DNA of 36,397 bases from Gemmatimonadota bacterium (GTDB taxonomy: Bacteria; Gemmatimonadota; Gemmatimonadetes; Palauibacterales; Palauibacteraceae), in contig JBDHMQ010000002.1 of NCBI GenBank assembly GCA_039656095.1, positions 1-36,397 on the forward strand, in the 5' to 3' direction. The position numbers and the translations under genes are program-made. Of this stretch, positions 7,987-16,782 are shown one piece after another. The notes under the pieces were generated by a model that was not told the DNA's origin, made no database searches, and saw only the letters and a program-made list of their open reading frames with translations. How positions within the stretch are numbered: the stretch's first letter is position 1; each line of letters opens with the position of its first letter.

Positions 7987-8501
7987 GCACTACCCCCAGC
8001 GCCATCCGCTTTGAGCGCCGCCTCGATGCTGTCCACGATTCCATCGTAGCCCGTACAACGGCAGAGGTTTCCTGCCATGAGCTCGCGGATTCGGTGTGTA
8101 TCCAACAGATCACGATTTTCGAGCAACCAGTTTGCGGTGATCACAACGCCGGGTGTGCAAGCGCCACACTGCGTAGCGCCGCCCTCGAGGAACGGAGCCA
8201 GCACTGCCTCATCGAGTGACTCCACGGTATCGATCTGCCGATCAGCGGCCTGGAACGAAAGAATGAGGCAGGAGTTAACCGGAAGGCCGTCCATGAGAAC
8301 CGTGCAAGCCCCGCACTCTCCCTCGGCACAGCCTTCTTTCGTGCCGGTCAGGCTGAGGCGGTATCGCAGTGTATCCAGCAGACGTTCGGCCGGATCAACC
8401 TCGATCTCCGTCTCCACACCGTTGAGTTGGCACCGAAAGATGATTGTATCGCCCGTTACCGGGAGGTCTCCCCTGACAGGTCCATTTGTCTGCTGACTCA
8501 C
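7983..8501 (-). CDS. xdhC: Xanthine dehydrogenase-family [2Fe-2S] (small) subunit
   Basis: GTKEGCAEGECGACTV...NSC, QCGACTPG, GNLCRCTGY. Confidence 0.95.
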   Translation of the reverse strand: MSQQTNGPVRGDLPVTGDTIIFRCQLNGVETEIEVDPAERLLDTLRYRLSLTGTKEGCAEGECGACTVLMDGLPVNSCLILSFQAADRQIDTVESLDEAVLAPFLEGGATQCGACTPGVVITANWLLENRDLLDTHRIRELMAGNLCRCTGYDGIVDSIEAALKADGAGGSA

Positions 8502-10687
8502 GAGGCCTCCAGCGCGGCGATGGAATCGAGCTCGCCCATCAGCCGCTCCGGCGTGATGGGAATTGCTGTGGCCGGGATCCCCAGGGCGTGCGCCAGGGCA
8601 TTGGCTATCGCCGGTCCCGGTCCGTCCATGGGAAGCTCGCCGATGCCCTTCGATCCCTGGGCGCCGAATGGGTACGGCGTTTCAAGGAATTCGACCTGAA
8701 TGGGCGGAAGATCGTCGCTGGTCGGGATGATGTAGTTAGTGAGCTGGCAATTCTGCATGGCCCCGTCTTGCCAACGGAAATCTTCAAGCAAGGCCCAACT
8801 GATACCCTGCGCGACGCCTCCCTGGATTTGCCCCCTTGCCAGTGTTTCGTTGAGCACGCGTCCGATTTCCTGTACGGCTACAAAATTCGTGACTCGTGTC
8901 CCGTATGTGCGCAAATCCACTTCGACCTCCGCCACGTAAGCGGCCCAGGCATACGCCCCGTAAGCATCTCCCAGGTAGGTTTCCTCGTCCCAGTCGATGT
9001 GGTGGGGCTGTTCGTAGGTGGACTCTCCAATCAAATCCGCGGAACTCGAATCGGAATACCAGGCTTTGATGGCCTCGGTTACGGCCGATCCCCGGACGTC
9101 GTCTGCCAGTCCCAGCTGGCGGCGCAGATCATCGCAAGCCTGTTCGACGAGGAATCCGACTACCATGGACGTGCGCGATGCCACGGACGGCCCGCTGTTG
9201 GGCACCCGGTGCGTGTCCGGCTGCGCTATTGCTACCGAGTCTGCATCCAGGCCGAGCCGGTCAGCGGCGAGCTGCGTGAAGATCGTTGTCATGCCCTGAC
9301 CCATTTCCACGCTGGCGGTGCGCACTTCGACGCCGCCTTCCTGTGTACCAGCTACATGAACGACAGACTGGAGCATGAGTTCACCGTTTCCGGTGAATCC
9401 GGCGCCGTGATGAACCATGGCGAGGCCCAGGCCCCTCTTTATCAACGGGTCGTCAGCGTTCTGCCGATCGAATTCAGCGCGTCGAGCGGTCCAATCTGAC
9501 GAGCGGAGAGCAGAGTCGAGCACTTCGAGTCTGTCCACGCCGTCCTTGATCGTCTGCCCGGTAGCGGTTTGCTGCCCGTCACGAATGAGATTGATCCGCC
9601 GGAACTCGACGGGGTCCATGCCCAGCCGTTCGGCGACGACGTCCATGTGTCGTTCGAGGCCGAAGAATGCCTGGGGAGCACCGAAACCCCGGAATGCGCC
9701 GAACGGAACCGCATTCGTAAGCATTGCCCGTCCGTCGATCCTAACGGCATCACACGCGTACGGGCCCGCCGCATGGATCACGGCTCTGCTCAAGACGACC
9801 GGTGAAAGCGTGAGATAAGCGCCTCCATCGAGTACGACCTCGATATCCTGCGCCAGCAGACGGCCCTGTTCGTCGACTCCCGTCCGGTGCCGGACGCGCG
9901 ACGGATGACGCTTCGTAGTAGCCGCCATGTCCTCCCAGCGATCGTAGATCAGCTTGACCGGACGCCCGGATTTCAGAGCCAGAAGCGCGGCGTGGCCAGC
10001 GATCATCGACGGGTACTCCTCCTTGCCACCGAAACCGCCGCCCGTGGGCGTCTGGATGATGCGGATCTCTGACTCGTCCCGGGCGAGCATCGGCTTCAGC
10101 GCCTTGAGTACGTAGTACGGGCACTGCATCGAACCCTGGATGACGACTACATCGCCGTCGACGTGCGCACGCATACCCTGCGTCTCCAGGTAGACGTGCT
10201 CCTGGGAGCCCGTGAAATACTCTCCTTCAACTACGATTGGCGCAGCAGCCAGCGCTGCCTCGACATCGTCCTTTTCGATGAGGATCCGCTTGAACACGTT
10301 GTCGGGCCCGTACTGGATGTCTTCCGTCGAAGGTTCGGCGCAGAAGTCCAGCACGGGAGATTCAGTCTCTACGTGAACGGTTACGAGCTTAGCCGCGCGC
10401 CGAGCGGTTTCCCGGGAAGGGTGGGCAAGTAACAGCACGGCTTCATGGATGTGGCGGACATAACCGTCTGCGAGTGCCGGCTGGTCGTACTCCATGAGAA
10501 ACACAGCATTTCGGCCCGGGATGTCTTCCGCCGTAACCACGACAAATTCGGACCAATCCACCCCGCTACCGAAATCTACACCCGTGATACGACCCCGTGC
10601 AGAAGGGCTGCGAACGGTGGCCCCCCAGAGATGGTCCGCCGACGGAATGTCGTCGACATAGAGTTCGCGGCCAGTAAGCTTGGCCAT
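8498..10687 (-). CDS. xdhA: Xanthine dehydrogenase-family molybdopterin-binding (large) subunit
   Basis: KLTG...YVDD, GGGFGGKE, AFRGFGAPQ, EMGQG, VASR, SKGIGE. Probable true start is CTG at 10705. Confidence 0.93.
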   Translation of the reverse strand: MAKLTGRELYVDDIPSADHLWGATVRSPSARGRITGVDFGSGVDWSEFVVVTAEDIPGRNAVFLMEYDQPALADGYVRHIHEAVLLLAHPSRETARRAAKLVTVHVETESPVLDFCAEPSTEDIQYGPDNVFKRILIEKDDVEAALAAAPIVVEGEYFTGSQEHVYLETQGMRAHVDGDVVVIQGSMQCPYYVLKALKPMLARDESEIRIIQTPTGGGFGGKEEYPSMIAGHAALLALKSGRPVKLIYDRWEDMAATTKRHPSRVRHRTGVDEQGRLLAQDIEVVLDGGAYLTLSPVVLSRAVIHAAGPYACDAVRIDGRAMLTNAVPFGAFRGFGAPQAFFGLERHMDVVAERLGMDPVEFRRINLIRDGQQTATGQTIKDGVDRLEVLDSALRSSDWTARRAEFDRQNADDPLIKRGLGLAMVHHGAGFTGNGELMLQSVVHVAGTQEGGVEVRTASVEMGQGMTTIFTQLAADRLGLDADSVAIAQPDTHRVPNSGPSVASRTSMVVGFLVEQACDDLRRQLGLADDVRGSAVTEAIKAWYSDSSSADLIGESTYEQPHHIDWDEETYLGDAYGAYAWAAYVAEVEVDLRTYGTRVTNFVAVQEIGRVLNETLARGQIQGGVAQGISWALLEDFRWQDGAMQNCQLTNYIIPTSDDLPPIQVEFLETPYPFGAQGSKGIGELPMDGPGPAIANALAHALGIPATAIPITPERLMGELDSIAALEAS

Positions 10688-10851
10688 TCCTTCACGACGC
10701 TTCAGGTGTGCCTCCTTGCCGTCTGTGAGGACTGGAGCCGGCTTCGAGCGTGGTTCCCGAACCTGTCGAGTCTGTCAGCCGCAGCCGGCTGCAACAGGAT
10801 CGCAGTGGCGCGCGCTTGTCGGGTCACCGTGTTCTCCCCAATGTACGCGAC

Positions 10852-11334
10852 ATGACCATGAATCAAGATCCTGCAGATTATCTGAGGCAGGCCATCCGTC
10901 TGGCCCGTGAGAATGTAGAGAGCGGGTCGGGCGGGCCGTTTGGCGCCGTCGTCGTGCGCAATGGTGAAGTGATTGCAACGGGAACGAACCAGGTGACGGC
11001 AACGGACGACCCCACGGCGCATGCCGAAGTCGTCGCGATCCGTAAAGCCTGCGAGATCCTGGGTACATTTCAATTGGACGACTGTGAGATCTTCTGCAGT
11101 TGCGAGCCCTGTCCGATGTGCCTGGGTGCGATCTATTGGGCCCGCCCGGTCCGTGTCGTGTTCGCCAGCACAGCACACGATGCCGCCGACGCCGGGTTCG
11201 ACGACAGTTTCATCTACGACGAAATCCGCAGTCCCCGGGATCGCCGACGAATGCCATTGGAGCAGCTCGTAGTACCTGAGGCCGGAGAAGAATTCGAGGC
11301 ATGGATGGAGAGCGAGGATCGCGTCGAGTATTGA
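10852..11334 (+). CDS. guaD: Guanine deaminase, cytidine-deaminase superfamily (B. subtilis GuaD type)
   Basis: GGPFGAVVV, DPTAHAE, CEPCPMCLGAIYWA, AGFDDSFIY, C-terminal Tyr; divergent from the xdh genes. Start 10852 or 10858. Confidence 0.88.
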   Translation: MTMNQDPADYLRQAIRLARENVESGSGGPFGAVVVRNGEVIATGTNQVTATDDPTAHAEVVAIRKACEILGTFQLDDCEIFCSCEPCPMCLGAIYWARPVRVVFASTAHDAADAGFDDSFIYDEIRSPRDRRRMPLEQLVVPEAGEEFEAWMESEDRVEY

Positions 11335-11373
11335 GGGCGGCGCGGTCCGCGCCCCGGGCGTGTATCATCCCGG

Positions 11374-13296
11374 ATGATTTCTGCATCGAACGTCGGAAAG
11401 TCCTATGGAATCCAGACGCTGTTTCGCGACGCGTCCTTCCAGCTCAACCCCGGGGAGTGCTACGGCCTCGTCGGCGCAAACGGGTCCGGCAAGACAACCC
11501 TGCTCAAAATTCTCACCGGAGATGAGGACCTGACCGAAGGGGCTGTCTCGATCCCCAAGAAGCTGCGGCTCGGCGTGCTCCGGCAGGATCAGTTTCTGTA
11601 TGAGAGCCAGCTCGTTCTCGAGGTGGCGATGATGGGCAATCGCGAGCTGTGGGATGCGATGTCCGCGAAGGATCAGTTGTTGGAAGCTCCCGCGGAGAAA
11701 TTTGACGCCGATCGGTTTTCCGAATTGGAGGAGACCGTTCAGCGGCTCGATGGATACGGTGCTGAGGCTCGGGCTGCAGAAATCCTCGAGGGCCTGGGGT
11801 TTCCCTCGGAGGTTCATAGACAGCCTCTATCGACTCTGTCGGGCGGGTTTAAGCTTCGCGTTCTATTGGCCCAGGCGTTGGCGGGATCGCCGGACATCCT
11901 GCTGTTGGACGAGCCGACGAACCACCTCGACATCCTGTCGATCCGCTGGCTTGAAAAATTCCTCGCGAAATTTGCCGGGCCCGTCGTGGTCATTTCCCAC
12001 GATCATCGATTCCTCGACAATGTAGTGACGCACATTCTCGACGTGGACTATGAGACTGTCACGCTGTATCCCGGTAACTACGGGCAGTTTCAACTCGCCA
12101 AGTCCGCTGAGAGAGCGCGGCGCGAGAAGGAAATCGGCGAACGCGAACGCGAAATCGCCCATCACCAGGTGTTCGTTGACCGCTTTCGCGCCAAGGCAAG
12201 CAAGGCGAGGCAAGCGCAAAGCAAGCTGCGCCTGATCGAAAAGAAAACGGACTCGCTTCAGGAATTACCGAACAGTTCGCGGCGCTACCCCAATTTCCGT
12301 TTCGAGCAAAAGAGGCCCAGCGGTCGTGAAGTTCTGAAGATCGACGGCATTCGTAAGGCATTCGACGACAACGAAGTCCTCCACGGTGTTGATCTGACGG
12401 TGGGCAGGGGTGATCGACTGGCCATCATGGGCCCGAATGGCATCGGAAAGTCCACCCTGCTGAAGATACTCATGGGAGTGCTGGACGCTGATGCCGGGTC
12501 CGTGGAATGGGGATACGAAACCCACACGGGATATTTTGCCCAGGACCACCACGAACAATTTGAGAATCCGCGATGGACAGCTGAGGAGTGGATCGCCGCC
12601 TCGTGTCCCGGGCGAAACAAGGGGTTCATCCGGGGCGAATTGGCACGGGTTCTGTTTTCGGGAGAAGAAGCCGAGAAAAGGCTGGGGGTGTTGTCGGGCG
12701 GAGAAGCGGCACGGCTCGTTTTCTGTCGACTCGCCATTCAACGGCCAAACGTACTGGTACTCGACGAGCCCACGAATCATCTGGACATGGAAGCGATCGA
12801 GGCGCTCGTCGAGAGTCTCCGCTCGTTTGACGGCACCCTGATTCTTGTATCACACGATCGCTGGTTCGTGTCTCAGCTTGCCACCCGGATCGTCGAAATC
12901 AAGTCTGATACCATCCTCGACTACGTCGGTTCGTATGAGCAATACGTCCATGCTTGTGGAGATGACCACCTGGACGTGGACACGGTCGTTCTCAAGGCGC
13001 AAAAGAAGAAAAGTGTCGAAAAGAAAACCCGAAGATCGGCCAGGGCGCAGCCGGGGGCAGATCAGAACACGAAGAATCTGCAGAAACGGCGCGAAGATAT
13101 CACAATGAAAATCGAAACTTGTGAAGCCAGACTTGGCGAGTTGACCACGACATTTGCCGATCCCACGTTCTATGACCGATCGTCGCCTGACGACGTGCGG
13201 ACACTGGAATCCGAGCGGTCAGCCCTGGATGAACAGCTTCAGGAGCTCATGGCCGATTGGGAAGCGCTGGAGGAGGAGCTGGAAAGTCTCACGTAA
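11374..13296 (+). CDS. ABC-F family ATP-binding protein (ribosome-associated)
   Basis: Two NBDs (GANGSGKTT/LSGG/DEPTNHLD and GPNGIGKST/LSGGE/DEPTNHLD), linker FRAKASKARQAQSK, C-terminal coiled coil, no TM segments. Confidence 0.95.
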   Translation: MISASNVGKSYGIQTLFRDASFQLNPGECYGLVGANGSGKTTLLKILTGDEDLTEGAVSIPKKLRLGVLRQDQFLYESQLVLEVAMMGNRELWDAMSAKDQLLEAPAEKFDADRFSELEETVQRLDGYGAEARAAEILEGLGFPSEVHRQPLSTLSGGFKLRVLLAQALAGSPDILLLDEPTNHLDILSIRWLEKFLAKFAGPVVVISHDHRFLDNVVTHILDVDYETVTLYPGNYGQFQLAKSAERARREKEIGEREREIAHHQVFVDRFRAKASKARQAQSKLRLIEKKTDSLQELPNSSRRYPNFRFEQKRPSGREVLKIDGIRKAFDDNEVLHGVDLTVGRGDRLAIMGPNGIGKSTLLKILMGVLDADAGSVEWGYETHTGYFAQDHHEQFENPRWTAEEWIAASCPGRNKGFIRGELARVLFSGEEAEKRLGVLSGGEAARLVFCRLAIQRPNVLVLDEPTNHLDMEAIEALVESLRSFDGTLILVSHDRWFVSQLATRIVEIKSDTILDYVGSYEQYVHACGDDHLDVDTVVLKAQKKKSVEKKTRRSARAQPGADQNTKNLQKRREDITMKIETCEARLGELTTTFADPTFYDRSSPDDVRTLESERSALDEQLQELMADWEALEEELESLT

Positions 13297-13324
13297 AGCC
13301 GGCCGACGCTCAATGGTAGTGATG

Positions 13325-13945
13325 TCAATTTCCCTCCAGCCGCCGACTCCCATCTCCCTGGTAGACATACTCAATCGTCATGCATCCGGGCTCGGGTCCC
13401 GGACAGTAGTAGCCTAGTATGCGAAGCTTTGCGTATCGGCCGTCGGCGGTGCGCAGAACGAATGTCACCGGGTCCGGTTCAAGCAAATGGGAGAAAAAAT
13501 CGTACGAGTACCACTCGTCGAGAACAGCACTGACGGTGTCCCCGCCGGGGGTTACCCGGCTTGAAGCGTAGCCGTCAGTCGGTGCCTCGAAAACTTGTTC
13601 GAACGGAATTTCGAGGCGAATCACGCCAGCGTTGCCGCTGAATCCGTCGCCTCCGTTCACGGCCAGGCGATGACGCCGAACCCCGATATCCCAGGCATTA
13701 CCAGTAGTCTCGATCTGGCCGGTCGCGAGATCCAACAGGGTCCAACGGTCAGCATTCCTAGCGTCCAAAGTAACCGTGTCCGGGCCGGAAACCTGCGCCG
13801 GCTGGACTCGCGGTTCGAGGTCAGAAAGCCCGAACACCGGGGGATCGGGTTGCCTGAGTGAACCCACCACAATGGTGGCGACGGTGGCGACGAATAGTCC
13901 GCCGAGAACCAGCAGCCAAACGGGAGTAGTTTCGGTCGGCGTCAC
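13325..13945 (-). CDS. hmuY: HmuY-family heme-binding protein, N-terminally membrane anchored
   Basis: WDIGVRR...NGG, WYSYDFFSHLLEP, FVLRTADGRYAKLRILGYY are typical HmuY-fold motifs. Confidence 0.85.
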   Translation of the reverse strand: MTPTETTPVWLLVLGGLFVATVATIVVGSLRQPDPPVFGLSDLEPRVQPAQVSGPDTVTLDARNADRWTLLDLATGQIETTGNAWDIGVRRHRLAVNGGDGFSGNAGVIRLEIPFEQVFEAPTDGYASSRVTPGGDTVSAVLDEWYSYDFFSHLLEPDPVTFVLRTADGRYAKLRILGYYCPGPEPGCMTIEYVYQGDGSRRLEGN

Positions 13946-14143
13946 CTACTTGCGGTGCAAAATTCGATTGAGATTTGCCAGGTAAACGCCCAGTCCGATT
14001 GCCAGCGTCGCGAATACAATTGCGATCACAAGTGCACCTGAGCCGGATCCGTTCGAATAGGCAACGAATTCCCAGCCGGCGTATCCAAGGCAAAACAAGA
14101 TTGCTACTGAAATCAGAAATCTGTGAAATCCAATGATTCCCAC
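13946..14143 (-). CDS. Small 2-TM hypothetical membrane protein
   Basis: GGAGG before GTG 14143; FHRFLISVAILF...; its stop abuts the hmuY start. Confidence 0.7.
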   Translation of the reverse strand: MGIIGFHRFLISVAILFCLGYAGWEFVAYSNGSGSGALVIAIVFATLAIGLGVYLANLNRILHRK

Positions 14144-14186
14144 GGCGCCTCCACTGGACATTGGGGACTATGCTCGTGCGCCAATC

Positions 14187-14192
14187 TATAAT
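14187..14192 (+). promoter_or_regulatory. Possible -10 element for the Mrp operon
   Basis: Perfect TATAAT in the divergent intergenic region; the -35 (GGGACT) is weak. Confidence 0.4.
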
Positions 14193-14255
14193 CCTGCGAG
14201 GCCGCGGGGCGAGTCGTTCGTTGCCAAACGTTCCAGGCAGAAAGACCTTTGGCCG

Positions 14256-15140
14256 ATGACGCTCAAGCACCGGACCTATTCAGAAGTCACCGGCGCCGAT
14301 ACCTCCCGGATGGTCGAACAGGTAGCCGCGCAGCACGCTCGCGTCGCCGAACGATTGGATGGCGTAAAGGCGTGCATCGCGGTGATGAGCGGGAAGGGTG
14401 GTGTCGGAAAGAGTCTGACAACGGCGGCTCTTGCTTCCGCTTGTGCGAATCGCGGGCTCACCGTCGGCCTGCTTGATGCCGACCTCGTCGGACCCAGCGC
14501 CGCCCGGCTGTCGGGCGTACAGGTGACCGGCCTTACGGTGGATGAGAACGGGCTCGATCCGGCAATATCGCCGACTGGAGTTCGAATCATGTCGATGGAA
14601 TTGCTGCTTGAAGATGGCGCGCCACTGGCGTTCAGGCAGCCCTCGTCTGAGAGTTTCGTATGGCGGGGGGCGCAGGAACGTAGTGCGCTGCGTGAGTTTC
14701 TGGCCGATGTCCGATGGGGGAACCTCGATCTGCTGCTGGTCGACCTGCCGCCGGGTACGCAGCGACTCACAGACCTCGACGAGCTGCTACCCCGTCTGGA
14801 CGGATTGATCGTGGTCACGATTCCCTCGGCGGCTTCACAGGCGGCGGTGGGACGCTCGATGGAGCTGGCCAGGCAAAGGGACATTCAGATTCTTGGTATC
14901 GTAGAAAACATGGCCGGTTACGCCTGTGCGGATTGCGACGAGATTCAGCCACTGTTTCCGGGCGACGCCGGAGAGCAGCTTGCGTCCGCGTACGATACAG
15001 TTCTGCTCGGACGGATTCCGTTTGACGCTGAAGCCGCGGTTCACGCGAACACGGGTGCACTGGATCAACTAATGAACCACACGCTGGCGGGTGAAGCGAT
15101 CGACGCTGTCGCGCTGCAGCTCCTGGAGGCGATCGCATGA
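14256..15140 (+). CDS. apbC: Mrp/NBP35/ApbC-family P-loop ATPase (Fe-S carrier)
   Basis: SGKGGVGKS, DADLVGPS, WRG, DLPPGT, ENM...CADC; start ATG 14256. Confidence 0.9.
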   Translation: MTLKHRTYSEVTGADTSRMVEQVAAQHARVAERLDGVKACIAVMSGKGGVGKSLTTAALASACANRGLTVGLLDADLVGPSAARLSGVQVTGLTVDENGLDPAISPTGVRIMSMELLLEDGAPLAFRQPSSESFVWRGAQERSALREFLADVRWGNLDLLLVDLPPGTQRLTDLDELLPRLDGLIVVTIPSAASQAAVGRSMELARQRDIQILGIVENMAGYACADCDEIQPLFPGDAGEQLASAYDTVLLGRIPFDAEAAVHANTGALDQLMNHTLAGEAIDAVALQLLEAIA

Positions 15141-15601
15141 AATTTCTCTGCGTCGAATGCGACGAGCAGATGATCTTCGAAGAGCGCAACCTGCCGGGAG
15201 ACGGTACACTGGCCGCCGCTTTCCGCTGTCCTGGCTGCGAGCGCATTGTGGCAATGCTCACCAATCCCATGGAGACGCAGCTCGTCTCTGCTCTGGGCAT
15301 CAAGATCGGTGGCAGTGAAGTACCTGGGCAGCCGTTGGAGCTCGTGCGTAGCGAAATGGTCGGCGGTCGCGAGGACGCATTCGTGGACACCGAACCGACA
15401 GCCGCGGCGAATGTCTCTAAAGGCTCACCCGGCGTTGTCTGGAGTCTGGCGGCCGTAGAGCGTCTTGAGAGCGTTCCTCGCTTCGTGCGGGGCATGGTAA
15501 AGCGGATATATACGGACTACGCGCAGGAAAACGGCATTTCCCAGATCACACCAGACGTCATGGACCGCGCGCGCAGCGACCTCGGGCTTGAGGGCATGTG
15601 A
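15137..15601 (+). CDS. CxxC...CxxC metal-binding ribbon plus PCP_red (BchB C-terminal-like) domain protein
   Basis: CVEC...CPGC; C-terminal WSLAAVERLESVPRFVRGMVKRIYTDYAQENGISQITPDVMDRAR. Confidence 0.85.
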   Translation: MKFLCVECDEQMIFEERNLPGDGTLAAAFRCPGCERIVAMLTNPMETQLVSALGIKIGGSEVPGQPLELVRSEMVGGREDAFVDTEPTAAANVSKGSPGVVWSLAAVERLESVPRFVRGMVKRIYTDYAQENGISQITPDVMDRARSDLGLEGM

Positions 15602-15864
15602 GCGCTGAGGCCACGGATGACAGGGAGATCGTGCGCGTCGTTGGTGAGCTCACGATCACGATCGACCGTCTCCTGTGTGTCGGATTCGGAGATTGCATCG
15701 ACGAGGCCCCCGTGGCGTTTGAATTCGACGATGAGGACATAGCGATCCTGACACACCCTGAAAAAGTAGATCGGGAGCACCTTCTGCGAGCCTGCGAGTC
15801 CTGTCCCGTAGACGCGATCACGGTACTGGACGCGGCCGGTTTGACGATCGTCCCGCAGGACTAG
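15598..15864 (+). CDS. Single-cluster ferredoxin (probably [3Fe-4S])
   Basis: IDRLLCVGFGDC...ACESCPVDAI; the second cluster Cys position is Phe. Confidence 0.88.
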   Translation: MSAEATDDREIVRVVGELTITIDRLLCVGFGDCIDEAPVAFEFDDEDIAILTHPEKVDREHLLRACESCPVDAITVLDAAGLTIVPQD

Positions 15865-15873
15865 CGGCCGGCC

Positions 15874-16782
15874 ATGTCCAGTCGAATAGCGTTCGCAGAG
15901 AATCTGAAATTCTCCTACGGGACAGGTCCCGCAGTTCTCGATGATGTTTCACTGGAATTGCGATCCGGTGAAATCCTGGGGCTTCTCGGGCTGAATGGCT
16001 CGGGAAAGACGACGCTGCTCCGGCTTCTATCGCGACTCCTTCAGCCGACCAGCGGCCAACTGGGCGCAGCCGAAGCACCCGCTGTCGTGTTTGACCGGGC
16101 CCCGTTTCAGGCAAGTCTGTCCGGTCTGGAAAATATTGCTCTGGCGCTTGCTCTTCGCGGAGTGCGTGGAGATGAAGCGAAGACGGCCGCAAGCGCCTGG
16201 TTGCAGAGATTCGACCTGAGCGCCGATGAGCACCGACCCGTCGGTGAGTACTCCCTGGGCATGCGCCGTCGCCTGGGCCTGGCGGAAGCGTTTGCGTCCG
16301 AACGATCGTTGTGCTTGCTCGATGAGCCTACCCTCGGGCTGGATCCCGCCGGCCAGCAACTCCTCGGCCAGGCCCTGGCCGCCGGCGCTACGGCGGGACG
16401 CTCGGCGATCATTGCGACCAACGATGCGAACTTTGCCCAGCGAGTCTGCCATCGCGTACTCCTGCTTCATGACAGCCGTGTGCTCGCCGAAGGCACGCCT
16501 GACTCACTGATCACGTCGTTGGACGCACCGACGATCATCGAGGTTGTGACGGCCGGCGGTTTGCCCGTGGACAATCCACCGGAAGGACTATCTGTCGTCG
16601 CGTCAGCAGACAATCGCCTCACATTGTCAGGGACGGATTGCTCGGGTCGTCTTCCCGATGTGTGCCGATGGATTGAGGCCAGCGCGGGTTCGGTCCAGAC
16701 GATCAGAGTCCGGGAGCCTGATCTCGCCGATGTGTTTCTTCGTCTTGCCGGCCAGCCGCTAGTCACGGAATCTGAATCATGA
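15874..16782 (+). CDS. ABC-2 type exporter ATP-binding subunit
   Basis: GLNGSGKTT, YSLGMRRR, LLDEPT; C-terminal REPDLADVFL domain. Confidence 0.9.
   Translation: MSSRIAFAENLKFSYGTGPAVLDDVSLELRSGEILGLLGLNGSGKTTLLRLLSRLLQPTSGQLGAAEAPAVVFDRAPFQASLSGLENIALALALRGVRGDEAKTAASAWLQRFDLSADEHRPVGEYSLGMRRRLGLAEAFASERSLCLLDEPTLGLDPAGQQLLGQALAAGATAGRSAIIATNDANFAQRVCHRVLLLHDSRVLAEGTPDSLITSLDAPTIIEVVTAGGLPVDNPPEGLSVVASADNRLTLSGTDCSGRLPDVCRWIEASAGSVQTIRVREPDLADVFLRLAGQPLVTESES

Noticed and set aside
8498-10687. Aerobic CO dehydrogenase CoxL
   Set aside because: The active-site loop is AFRGFG, not the form I AYxCSFR; the guanine deaminase neighbour points to purines.
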